In this document: positions 9,062 to 17,930 of the stretch, piece by piece
How positions within the stretch are numbered: the first letter of the stretch is position 1
How the letters are laid out: each line of letters begins with the position of its first letter
Source of the DNA: Candidatus Peregrinibacteria bacterium CG10_big_fil_rev_8_21_14_0_10_49_10
GTDB taxonomy: Bacteria; Patescibacteriota; Gracilibacteria; Peribacterales; Peribacteraceae
Assembly (NCBI GenBank): GCA_002772545.1
Contig: PFDR01000015.1
Span: 1 to 54,410, forward strand
Reading direction: 5' to 3'
Length of the DNA stretch: 54,410 nt
Translations under genes and position numbers: made by a program
Notes under the pieces: generated by a model
What the model saw: only the letters and a program-made list of their open reading frames with translations
Told to the model about the DNA's origin: nothing
The model's database searches: none

Positions 9062-10144
9062 ATGCCGTATCTGTACTACTCCAGATCCTACATACCACAT
9101 ACCACATACGACATACTTTTTATACCGTGGACGCGCTATGCTTGTTTCGTGCATCCTTCCTCACCCGCACAGGTTATTGCTGCCGCAGGCACAGAGGCTT
9201 TTTTAGTCTCAAATCTTGTAAATGTTCGTTATATATCGGGTGTGGATGTGAGTGAGGGTATGCTGCTTATTACTCCGCGTTCGGCCGTTTTATTTGTGGA
9301 TGGAAGATACAGCGAAGTGGCAAGTAAAGACGTACGTAGAGGTACGCAGGTACGACCTTTGGCTTCTCTTCCAACGATACTGGGACATCTTGCCGAATGC
9401 GGCTGTGAATCTGAAGCAGTCACACTCGCACAATTTCGCAACTGGAAGAGGAAATTTAAGAACACAAAATTTATTCAAAAATCCAAAATTGTGGAGCAGT
9501 TTCGTCGGACGAAAGATGCAGATGAAGTCCGAAAATTTCGCAGGGCACAACAGATGACCACCACTCTTCTTACAAGAGTTCCGGATTGGTTGCGGGGCGA
9601 AATCACAGAAAAAGCTCTAGCCCGGACGTTGCGCACAGCAGCCGATGAACTTGGCGCCGACGGGCTATCCTTTGAACCTATAGTGGCTTTTGGTACACAT
9701 ACCAGTCGTCCCCATCATCACCCCACCACTCGGCGTCTTCGTACGGGAAACATAGTGCAAATTGATGTAGGAGTACGGTACGGAGGATACTGTGCAGACC
9801 AGAGTGCGGTTTTCTTCACCGGAAAAAAGACACAGAAACAGCAGCGTGTATTACAGGCTGTGCAGGAGGCAAAAGATACGGCACTGGCACTCGTGAGGTC
9901 CGGAGTTTCTACGCATACATTGGATAAAGAAGCACGTAGAGTTCTTCGTTCCTACGGTCTGGAAAAGTATTTTATCCACTCACTGGGTCATGGTGTGGGA
10001 CTGGAAATTCATGAGGGTGCACGTATTTCCCTGCGTGTTCCTGAGGAATTCTTGCAGAAGGGGGAAATTGTCACTATAGAACCGGGTGTCTACATTCCGG
10101 GTCAATTTGGTGTACGGTTGGAAGAGGAGGTAGTTGTGGCATAG
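9062..10144 (+). CDS. pepP: Xaa-Pro aminopeptidase / M24 family peptidase
   Basis: Metal-ligand motifs VQIDVGVRYGGYCADQS, HSLGHGVGLEIHE and VTIEPGVY...GVRLEE are present. The true start is probably downstream of 9062 (for example the in-frame GTG at 9149), because the first ~29 codons cover a heptamer repeat and look non-coding. Confidence 0.85.
   Translation: MPYLYYSRSYIPHTTYDILFIPWTRYACFVHPSSPAQVIAAAGTEAFLVSNLVNVRYISGVDVSEGMLLITPRSAVLFVDGRYSEVASKDVRRGTQVRPLASLPTILGHLAECGCESEAVTLAQFRNWKRKFKNTKFIQKSKIVEQFRRTKDADEVRKFRRAQQMTTTLLTRVPDWLRGEITEKALARTLRTAADELGADGLSFEPIVAFGTHTSRPHHHPTTRRLRTGNIVQIDVGVRYGGYCADQSAVFFTGKKTQKQQRVLQAVQEAKDTALALVRSGVSTHTLDKEARRVLRSYGLEKYFIHSLGHGVGLEIHEGARISLRVPEEFLQKGEIVTIEPGVYIPGQFGVRLEEEVVVA
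9090..9117 (+). repeat. Four tandem heptamers (ACATACC ACATACC ACATACG ACATACT)
   Basis: Read directly from the sequence. It lies in the divergent region between the pilin-like gene and pepP. Confidence 0.8.
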
Positions 10145-10273
10145 GCATAGTGTATGCGCACTCTGAAACAAAAGTTAAAAATACATTACAATGCATCAAT
10201 ACAAATAAAAGTACCTGTTTTGTCATTTCAACCGGAAAGATCAAAAACGCAATTTTTGCTATACTGATAGGAA

Positions 10274-11644
10274 TTGAACACACACATGAACATTCCACGT
10301 CGCATCTTTCTCACGTTGGCACTTGTGCTACTCATCTGTCCTGTGCGGGCGGGGAGTAACCGTGAGCCGTATGAGCAGGAGTTTCTCATTACGGCGTATT
10401 ACTCGCCGCTGCCCGGACAGTGCTGCTATGTGAAAGGCGGGTACGAGGCCGATAAAGTACTGAACGGGGAAGGCAAGCAGGCCTCCGACGGCACGGCGGT
10501 GTACCCCGGCATGCTGGCAGCTCCTGCCAGTTATCCCTACGGCACTAAAGTGGATTTGCCCGGCATTGGTGTGCTCACTGTGCATGATAGAGGTGGAGCA
10601 ATTCAGGAACTGCAGAGCGGTATGCATCGCCTGGATGTATGGGTGGGTTATGGAGAGGAGGGCCTTGCACGCGCACTGGAATTCGGTTTGCAGCATGTGC
10701 GTGGTACGGTTTACCCACCAGGTTTTCACCAGCCGCAAACGCATCTGGCACTGGAAAATCTCCCGGCACCCTTAGGGCGGCTGGAGAGTTACAAACTGTC
10801 GTATTTCGGTTTGTTGGCATTGCGTGCCCAGAAGGACGACCAGAGTCTCTCTGTACGTATGCTCCAGGAGCAGCTGAAGGACATGGGTTATTTCCGCCAT
10901 CCCATCACGGGTTTGTATGGTGAGGTGACTCAGCAGGCACTGGCACACTTTTTGCAGGACTATCATCTCAGTGAACCCACAGATGAGCTCACAGCTGAAA
11001 CAGCTGCGTTCCTCCTTTCTGCGGCACATCGCAAAGGTGTTGCCAATCCCATTCAGGAATACGTAGATGCGGAGAGCCAACCGGAAACTCTGCGTGAAGC
11101 ACAGCGTATATTGCGATTTTTAGGCTACTACCGAGGCAGAACAGATGGTCTGTACACAGAAGCGCTTGCCGATGCCATCCTCCGTTTTCAGCAGGAGAAT
11201 TTTCTGGTCGGCACACAGGATGATCCCGGAGCAGGTCGCATTGGTCCGCTGACCATGCAGCAAATTCGTGGAGCTTGGGACCGCAAACTCGTTGCAGAAC
11301 GTGCAGAGAAATTCATGCTCCTTCATGACGTGGTCGTGCACATTGATGCGGCAAATTTGTCCGTGGAACAGTTTCTTTCGGAAGGGGATAACGGTTCCCA
11401 GGTCAGACGTTTGCAGTCGCTTCTTGCAGAAGGTGGATACTTTCCCAAAAAGATGATCAACGGAAACTACGGGCCGCTTACAGCGGATGCAGTTTTGCAG
11501 TACCAACTTGCACGGAACATTCTTCATTCTCCGCAGGAACACGGTGCCGGCGTGGTGGGTCCTGCAACTCTTACATTGCTTCGCAAAGAGCAGAGTCGTG
11601 CGTTGTATCAGTTGGTAAGGGCAGAGGGAAGGCAGGCACTCTAA
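10274..11644 (+). CDS. Secreted cell-wall enzyme: 3D (MltA-like) domain followed by three peptidoglycan-binding (PG_binding_1-type) repeats
   Basis: A signal peptide is present (IFLTLALVLLICPVRA). The 3D domain reads ITAYYSPLPGQ...DGTAVYPGMLAAP..YPYGTKVDLPGIGVLTVHDRGGAI...LDVWVG. The three repeats follow the pattern vr.LQ..L...GYf....tG.yg..T..Al..FQ. The start is either the TTG at 10274 or the ATG at 10286. Confidence 0.85.
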   Translation: MNTHMNIPRRIFLTLALVLLICPVRAGSNREPYEQEFLITAYYSPLPGQCCYVKGGYEADKVLNGEGKQASDGTAVYPGMLAAPASYPYGTKVDLPGIGVLTVHDRGGAIQELQSGMHRLDVWVGYGEEGLARALEFGLQHVRGTVYPPGFHQPQTHLALENLPAPLGRLESYKLSYFGLLALRAQKDDQSLSVRMLQEQLKDMGYFRHPITGLYGEVTQQALAHFLQDYHLSEPTDELTAETAAFLLSAAHRKGVANPIQEYVDAESQPETLREAQRILRFLGYYRGRTDGLYTEALADAILRFQQENFLVGTQDDPGAGRIGPLTMQQIRGAWDRKLVAERAEKFMLLHDVVVHIDAANLSVEQFLSEGDNGSQVRRLQSLLAEGGYFPKKMINGNYGPLTADAVLQYQLARNILHSPQEHGAGVVGPATLTLLRKEQSRALYQLVRAEGRQAL

Positions 11645-11650
11645 AGTCAA

Positions 11651-12733
11651 TTGCACTTCTGTCTCGGGACTTGCACTCTATACTCGGTGAAGTCGCTTAC
11701 CCTTTTTTTGCTGGCATGCATGTTCCCCTGTTCTGCCTTTGCAAGCGGTCCACTTAGCCGTCGTGATGGGTTTTTGCTTATTTGGGATTCCATTCGTCGC
11801 CCCGTCTACGAGACGTCTGTGCAACCTTTTACAGATGTTTCTGAGGGTGAGGAGGGGTATACGGAAATTACCTACGCCAAGGGAAGAAAGTTTTTTGATG
11901 AGGGTATGACTCATTTTCGTCCCGATGATCCACTGACCCAGGAAGATGCACTCATCTGGATCTTTCGTTCCAGAAACGTGGTTGAGCGACCCTCCATAGA
12001 GCGTTCCGATATCCACCGTCTCCTGGAGCGTTATCCCATTGCAGATTTCCGTGGAGATGCCAACACGCAGACGCGGGAAGAAGTTCTGGATCTCCTCATG
12101 GCGCTGGATACTCTTCTTATAGAAGAGGTGCATACAGTGAGCTACTACGCCGATGATTTCCATGGGAAAACAACGGCATTCGGAGAAAAATTCGATATGG
12201 AAGACTTCACTGCGGCACATCGCAGTTTTCCGGAAGATACGCTTGTACAGGTCACAAATGTGGAGAACAGGAAAAGTGTAACCGTGCGTGTGAATGACCG
12301 TGGGCCCTATGTGGAGGGTCGGGACATGGATTTAAGCAGGGCTGCATTTGAAAAAATTGCGCCCATTTCACAAGGCGTGCTCCATGCTACCTTTCGTCGC
12401 CTCGGAGATGTGGATCTCGTCGGCGAGTGCGAGGATGTCCCCCGTACCTATCAGCGACGTATAACACGGGATGTACGTTTTCACCGTGGTATTCCACATA
12501 CTTTTTCCCTGGGAGAAACGCTCTTCCTGGGGTCAAACAGGTACTTTGTTGTGCGTGGTATTACATTCCCGGACGGCGCGAGCATCCGGGTACAGGATTT
12601 TGTAGGCCCCCGTGAGCGTTTCCAGTTCACACCTTCTGTTACGGGCGAGTATCGCTTTCTTGTAGGTACTGTGCAGGGGAACCAGCGGGAGATGGTGATG
12701 TCTGTCTCTTCCTGTTCTCGTGAGCCATCGTAA
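11651..12733 (+). CDS. RlpA-like double-psi beta-barrel (lytic transglycosylase-type) secreted protein
   Basis: The RlpA/DPBB signature is YYADDFHGKTTAFGEKFDMEDFTAAHRSFPEDTLVQVTNVENRKSVTVRVNDRGPYVEGRDMDLSRAAFEKIA. The N-terminal signal is LTLFLLACMFPCSAFA. The start may be the GTG at 11687. Confidence 0.8.
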   Translation: MHFCLGTCTLYSVKSLTLFLLACMFPCSAFASGPLSRRDGFLLIWDSIRRPVYETSVQPFTDVSEGEEGYTEITYAKGRKFFDEGMTHFRPDDPLTQEDALIWIFRSRNVVERPSIERSDIHRLLERYPIADFRGDANTQTREEVLDLLMALDTLLIEEVHTVSYYADDFHGKTTAFGEKFDMEDFTAAHRSFPEDTLVQVTNVENRKSVTVRVNDRGPYVEGRDMDLSRAAFEKIAPISQGVLHATFRRLGDVDLVGECEDVPRTYQRRITRDVRFHRGIPHTFSLGETLFLGSNRYFVVRGITFPDGASIRVQDFVGPRERFQFTPSVTGEYRFLVGTVQGNQREMVMSVSSCSREPS

Positions 12734-12899
12734 TGCTCCAGATGCAGATCCAAAAGTTGCCTGGACCGCCTATCCAAATTCAAAAAGCGGATACCACCTA
12801 TGACCCGTTCCTACAACGCGAACTGCTACCCCCAATGGGAAAAATATGCTACAATACAGCGATTTCTTGCTATTCTTTCCCTAACTCTCTCTTCTCTCC

Positions 12900-15512
12900 G
12901 TGGGTGCATTCCTTGCCTTCTTCTTCTGGCCTATTGCTCTAGGCATTCTCGCTCTGCTCACGAGTATTGTGAATGCAGCTATCTGGGGCCAGCTCCTTGG
13001 TTTTTTCATTTCCAATCCTCTGGAAGGGGTCTTGTGGGTGGTGACCATCTACTGTCTGTGGAGAGCCATAAAGAAGTATTTCCGTCTCTACTACGCTTTG
13101 CGGCAGTCAAAGAACTTGGTCGCTTACAAAGTCATCCAGCCCCGCAGTGATAGCAAAGTGGACCAGGAGAAACGTACAGATAAAGACTTCAAAGAGAAGA
13201 TGGCTGTAATGGAGCAGCTCTACCGCGCACTCTGGGAGGTTCGCAGTTTGACCATTTGGCAGTCACTCCATTTCTGGTTGTTTCGCAACATCATCATCAG
13301 CATGGAGCTTTGTTTAGAAAAAGGAGAACTGATGTTTTACATCGTCACACAACCGAGGTTTGCTTCTATTGTAGAAAAACAGATTACGGCCTTTTATCCC
13401 GATGCAGAAGTATTTCCGGAAGAAGTGCCGGACATTTGGCCGAAGGGCAAACAGCTTGTGGGGTATAACATGGCTCTCAAGCGGCCCTTCATGTACCCCA
13501 TCCGTTCCTACGAACAGATGCAAGATGATCCGCTCAATGGCATTGCAAACGTACTCAGTAAACTGAAGGAAGACGAAAAAGCTGCCATTCAAATGGTGAT
13601 GACTCCCTCTTTTTCCAACAAGTGGGGGAGGCAGGCAAAGGAGCAGGCATCTCTCAAATTTAAAGGCAAGAAGGAGAATTTGTTCAGTGGTATTCCCGGA
13701 CTTTCCATCGTGGGCTACATCTTCAGTATGTTTGCCACCAGTTCCACTGGTTCCACCTCCGCTCCCGGTGCGAGCAAGGGGGATGCATTCATTCGTATGA
13801 TTCAACCGGAGGAAGAGCTCTACAAACGCATGGGAGAAAAAGGCGGTATGAGTTTTTATCACTGCAATATTCGTTTGCTCGCTTCCGCCGGAACCTGGGA
13901 GAGGGCACTGGAAATTACGAATAACATGCAGGTGGCCTTTAATGCTTTTAAAGACCTGTACGGAAACTTCTTTGTAAACAAGCGCATGCTGTGTGAATTT
14001 ATGCCACTCAAGTGGAATGCACCGCTCATTTACAAACTCTGGAAGCGCAGATTGAATGGCTACTTCAGCCCCCGTTGCATGCTGGTAGAGAAGGAACTAG
14101 CCGGCCTCTACCACTTCCCGGATAGCCGCTACAACAAAATCCCCATTATTCAGTGGAGTTCGTACAAGGTGCTTCCGCCTCCGCCGGATGCTCCTGTAGA
14201 AGGCATACTGCTTGGCAACAACAAGTTCCGGGGTGTGGAGACACCCATTCGTTTCATGGGTACGGACCGCACACGTCATCACTACATCATCGGTAAATCC
14301 GGTTCCGGTAAATCCGCACTGCTCAGCTGGATGTCGCGCCAGGATATCGCAAATGGTGACGGGGTGTGCCTGGTAGATCCTCATGGGGATCTGGTCGAAG
14401 ATGCACTGGCACACACGCCAAAATCCCGTGCAAAAGAGGTCATCGTATTCGATCCTTCGGATACAAACAGGCCCATGGGTTTGAACATGCTGGAAGCCAC
14501 AACTCCCGAAGAAAAAGACCGGGCGGCTCTGGATGCCATGGAAATCTTTATTAAACTTTTCGGTAATGAAATCTTCGGTCCCCGCATTCAGCATTACTTC
14601 CGTAACGGCTGTCTTACACTCATGGATGATGAAGAGGAGGGTGCTACACTCATCGATGTTCCGCGATTGTTTGTAGATGACGAGTTCCAGCGCTACAAGG
14701 TGAGTAAAATTCGCAATCCGGTTGTACGCAGTTTCTGGGACCATGAAATGGCACAAACCGGCGATAGAGAAAAGCAGGAAATGATTCCGTACTTCAGTTC
14801 CAAATTTGGTCCATTCATTACGAACACGACCATGCGTAACATTATTGGCCAGCCAAAAAGCGCATTCAATATCCGTGAAGTCATGGATTCCAAAAAGGTA
14901 CTGTTGGTCAACCTCTCCAAGGGAAAGATCGGCGATACGAATGCGGAACTTTTGGGCCTTATTTTTGTGAATAAAATCAGTATGGCAGCTATGAGCCGTG
15001 CAGATGTTCCCCGGGCAGATCGTAAACGTTTCTACCTCTACGTGGACGAATTCCAGAACTTTGTCACGGACGCATTTGCCACTATTCTTTCCGAGGCGCG
15101 CAAATACGAACTTGCACTGGTTATGGCGCACCAGTATATAGGCCAGCTTGTGGGCAAAACATCTGCCTACGGGGATTCAAGCACCAAAATGCGCGATGCT
15201 GTATTTGGTAACGTCGGTACCATCATGAGTTTTAAAATCGGTGCGGAGGATGCCGAGTACATGGCCAAGGAATTTGCCCCTATTCTCTCGGAGCAGGACG
15301 TTATCGGTATTCCAAACTTCAACTGTTACTGCAAACTGAATATCAATAATGTGCAGTCCCGCCCATTCAGTATGTCCACCATATGGGATGAGTCCGACCG
15401 TAACGAAGAACTGGCAAAACTCGTAAAGGAATACAGCAGACTCAAGTTTGCCCGTAAAAAAGTATTCGTGGATCAGGAAATTGAAGACAGAATTGGTATT
15501 AACCATGCATAG
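12900..15512 (+). CDS. Membrane-anchored P-loop ATPase of the FtsK/HerA superfamily, VirD4/TraG-VirB4-like (T4SS-type)
   Basis: 870 aa with a GTG start. There are two N-terminal TM helices. Walker A is HHYIIGKSGSGKSALL and is followed by VCLVDPHGDL...NRPMGLNMLE. Walker B and the TraG-D_C-like block read RFYLYVDEFQNFVTDAFATILSEARKYELALVMAHQYIGQL. Confidence 0.85.
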   Translation: MGAFLAFFFWPIALGILALLTSIVNAAIWGQLLGFFISNPLEGVLWVVTIYCLWRAIKKYFRLYYALRQSKNLVAYKVIQPRSDSKVDQEKRTDKDFKEKMAVMEQLYRALWEVRSLTIWQSLHFWLFRNIIISMELCLEKGELMFYIVTQPRFASIVEKQITAFYPDAEVFPEEVPDIWPKGKQLVGYNMALKRPFMYPIRSYEQMQDDPLNGIANVLSKLKEDEKAAIQMVMTPSFSNKWGRQAKEQASLKFKGKKENLFSGIPGLSIVGYIFSMFATSSTGSTSAPGASKGDAFIRMIQPEEELYKRMGEKGGMSFYHCNIRLLASAGTWERALEITNNMQVAFNAFKDLYGNFFVNKRMLCEFMPLKWNAPLIYKLWKRRLNGYFSPRCMLVEKELAGLYHFPDSRYNKIPIIQWSSYKVLPPPPDAPVEGILLGNNKFRGVETPIRFMGTDRTRHHYIIGKSGSGKSALLSWMSRQDIANGDGVCLVDPHGDLVEDALAHTPKSRAKEVIVFDPSDTNRPMGLNMLEATTPEEKDRAALDAMEIFIKLFGNEIFGPRIQHYFRNGCLTLMDDEEEGATLIDVPRLFVDDEFQRYKVSKIRNPVVRSFWDHEMAQTGDREKQEMIPYFSSKFGPFITNTTMRNIIGQPKSAFNIREVMDSKKVLLVNLSKGKIGDTNAELLGLIFVNKISMAAMSRADVPRADRKRFYLYVDEFQNFVTDAFATILSEARKYELALVMAHQYIGQLVGKTSAYGDSSTKMRDAVFGNVGTIMSFKIGAEDAEYMAKEFAPILSEQDVIGIPNFNCYCKLNINNVQSRPFSMSTIWDESDRNEELAKLVKEYSRLKFARKKVFVDQEIEDRIGINHA

Positions 15513-15585
15513 TCTGAACCACAGATTAAGATGTTTATGTACACCTGCGGTATCTGTGTAGTCAGCAAAATCTGTGGTTCAGACT
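15511..15585 (+). repeat. 17-bp perfect inverted repeat (agtctgaaccacagatt / aatctgtggttcagact) with a 41-nt loop; possible terminator or protein-binding site
   Basis: The arms are at 15511-15527 and 15569-15585. The left arm overlaps the stop codon of the ATPase gene. The repeat is followed by tcttgcattttgcc. Confidence 0.6.
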
Positions 15586-15622
15586 TCTTGCATTTTGCCG
15601 TATCTCTGTTTAGCCTTTGTCC

Positions 15623-15934
15623 ATGACTTCACTTAAGCAAGCACGGGATCTGTTCCGCATGCAACGGGACGCCAAGCGGGTTCGCAAACAGCTCAAAAAG
15701 GTTCATGTAGAGGCAGAATCTGCGGGTGTAAAAGTAGTGGTAAACGGTGAGCAGGAAGTTATTCGCATCGAAATAGCCGCTGACGTACCAAAGGAATCTC
15801 TTCCGGCTTTACTGATGGATACGCTCAACCGTGCGCTTAAAAAAGCTCAGGTTGTTTCTGCACAGCATATGCAGGAGGTCATGGGAGATATGGGGTTACC
15901 AACAGAGGAGGGAATGCGGGGCATGGGAAGTTAG
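15623..15934 (+). CDS. ybaB: YbaB/EbfC family nucleoid-associated protein
   Basis: The size (~104 aa) fits, and the pattern ...MQRDAKRVRKQLKKVHVEAESAGVKVVVNGEQEVIRIEIA...L.D....A...A is typical of YbaB. Confidence 0.8.
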   Translation: MTSLKQARDLFRMQRDAKRVRKQLKKVHVEAESAGVKVVVNGEQEVIRIEIAADVPKESLPALLMDTLNRALKKAQVVSAQHMQEVMGDMGLPTEEGMRGMGS

Positions 15935-16021
15935 TATTTCATACAATCTGCCCTTTTGTTCTTCTCGTCTGGGATTTTCTGTAGTGACGAGCCACTCGCG
16001 ACTCATCTACTATAGCTCAGT

Positions 16022-17026
16022 ATGAAGCGTGCATTCCTCATTATTATTGGCCTCGTTCTCGTTGGAATATTCTCCTACACCCATGCGCTTTCACCGCTGA
16101 ATGCTGCCAGTCAGGATCGTCATACCATTGCCATAGAGCCGGGCTTTTCTGTACAGAAGATTGCACAGTTGCTCGTTGACCGTGCAATCATTCGGTCTCC
16201 CTTTGCATTTACAACTTACGTTCGACTACATGGCAAAGCAGCTTCGCTGCAGGCGGGAAAGTTTGTTTTGCGTCCGGCTATGTCCGTGCAAGAAATTGTG
16301 CTGTTGCTCCAGAATGGCAAAGCTGACGAAGCCATTATTACCATTCCGGAAGGGTATACCGTGCGACAAATAGATGCGCTTATGGCTCACAAAGGATTTT
16401 CCGGTACGGGTGATATTCTTCGCTGTGCGCGTGAATGTGATTTTTCCTCCTTTACCTTCCTGCCGCAGGTGGGAGGTCTTGCGGAGAGGGGTGGCAAAAT
16501 AGAAGGGTACCTCTACCCGGATACCTATTTTGTGAGCAAGGATGACTTCTTTGCTAAATTCTTTTTGGAACGTCTCCTTACCACCTACCGGAATAAAGTT
16601 ATTGAGCCCTATGCTGAAACCATAGAGCAGTCGGGTCGTACGCTGCATGAACTGGTGACTATGGCTTCTCTTATAGAGGAAGAAACTCTCACGAATGCCG
16701 AGCGCCCGGTCGTCTCGGGTATTCTCTGGAAGAGGTACGATGACGGAAGGGGACTTGGTGTAGATGCCACCGTGCGTTACATTCTGGACAAGCCGACCCA
16801 GGAGATCACCACCGGAGACCTCAATACAAACTCACCTTACAATACCAGGAAGTTTAAGGGTCTTCCTCCCGGGCCCATTGCCAATGCGGGTACAAAGAGT
16901 TTTGTGGCTGCACTCTTTCCCAAGGAAAGCGAGTACTGGTACTACCTGCATGGAGACGATGGAGTCATCCACTATGCCGTTACCAACGAGGAGCATAATG
17001 TGAATCGGTATTTGTACATACACTAA
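16022..17026 (+). CDS. mltG: Endolytic murein transglycosylase MltG (YceG-like)
   Basis: An N-terminal TM helix is followed by a LysM-like region. The catalytic region reads ASLIEEETLTNAERPVVSGILWKR...LGVDATVRY...NSPYNTRKFKGLPPGPIANAG. Confidence 0.9.
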   Translation: MKRAFLIIIGLVLVGIFSYTHALSPLNAASQDRHTIAIEPGFSVQKIAQLLVDRAIIRSPFAFTTYVRLHGKAASLQAGKFVLRPAMSVQEIVLLLQNGKADEAIITIPEGYTVRQIDALMAHKGFSGTGDILRCARECDFSSFTFLPQVGGLAERGGKIEGYLYPDTYFVSKDDFFAKFFLERLLTTYRNKVIEPYAETIEQSGRTLHELVTMASLIEEETLTNAERPVVSGILWKRYDDGRGLGVDATVRYILDKPTQEITTGDLNTNSPYNTRKFKGLPPGPIANAGTKSFVAALFPKESEYWYYLHGDDGVIHYAVTNEEHNVNRYLYIH

Positions 17027-17055
17027 CTTGGGTTTCTAAGTGCAGGAGGTAGAAT

Positions 17056-17084
17056 TTGATAAAATGTAATTTATTTGATATAAT
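17056..17084 (+). promoter_or_regulatory. Near-consensus sigma-70 promoter: TTGATA, 17-nt spacer, TATAAT, with a TGn extension
   Basis: The -35 element is at 17056-17061 and the -10 element at 17079-17084. TG lies at 17076-17077. The promoter is ~50 nt upstream of the ATG at 17135. Confidence 0.55.
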
Positions 17085-17134
17085 ACATATTAAAGTATAC
17101 ACACCATTTCATACACTAAAGTACACTACCTACT

Positions 17135-17818
17135 ATGATAAAAGGTACGCATAACCATCGCCTCAAGATTGGCGTCATGGGTTCGGCTTCCGGCCCGCAG
17201 ATTGAAAATGAGCATGCCATAGAGATGGCCCGTGAGCTGGGGAAGGAGATTGGCAAACGTGGTTACATTCTGGTGAACGGTGCCTGTCCCGGCTTACCAA
17301 ACGATACGTTGCTTGCGGCAAAAGAAGCGGGAGCCCTTACCATAGGTATTTCGCCTGCTTTTTCTAAGCATGCACACATCTGCGAGTACAAGTCGCCCCA
17401 TGAACACGACATGATCATTTATACCGGTATGGGTTTTATGGAACGCGATATTATCAATATCCGCTCTTCGGATGCCATTGTGATCATCAGTGGAGGAGTC
17501 GGTACGCTCAATGAACTTACTATTGCCTATGAGGAAGGTCGTCCCATAGGCATTCTCACCAATACCGGGGGCATCAGTAATTCTATTCCCTACATTATAG
17601 AAGAGCTCTGCCAAAGAAAGGTCGCTCCCAATATGGTTTTTGATGACGACCCCAAGGCTCTTATGGATAAACTTGTAAAGGCTATAGAAGAGTACCCTCT
17701 CCCGCTCCATGAAGATGGACGTGTGATAGATGACGGAAAACCGGAAGGTCGTCGCGAGTTGCACGAACTGGCTGGCACGGAACATGCTCGGAGTACAGAA
17801 CCAGGATCACGGGGGTAG
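17135..17818 (+). CDS. TIGR00725/LOG-like (SLOG superfamily) Rossmann-fold nucleotide-binding protein
   Basis: The family pattern is visible in KIGVMGSASG...GYILVNGACPGL...SDAIVIISGGVGTLNELTIAYEEGRPIG. The protein has a ~70-aa C-terminal extension. Confidence 0.7.
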   Translation: MIKGTHNHRLKIGVMGSASGPQIENEHAIEMARELGKEIGKRGYILVNGACPGLPNDTLLAAKEAGALTIGISPAFSKHAHICEYKSPHEHDMIIYTGMGFMERDIINIRSSDAIVIISGGVGTLNELTIAYEEGRPIGILTNTGGISNSIPYIIEELCQRKVAPNMVFDDDPKALMDKLVKAIEEYPLPLHEDGRVIDDGKPEGRRELHELAGTEHARSTEPGSRG

Positions 17819-17869
17819 TCATGCTCGTTCTTGTGTCGGGATCGTTCTTCCTATTTAGAACCTGGTTCC

Positions 17870-17892
17870 TTGTTTCCTTTTCAAAGAAACAA
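17870..17892. terminator. Weak hairpin (ttgtttc / gaaacaa, 9-nt loop) between convergent genes
   Basis: Read directly from the sequence. It lies between the stop of 17135-17818 and the stop of der. There is no strong T tract. Confidence 0.3.
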
Positions 17893-17930
17893 CCCAAGGA
17901 AACTGACGAACCCGAACCCGAGTCCTATCC

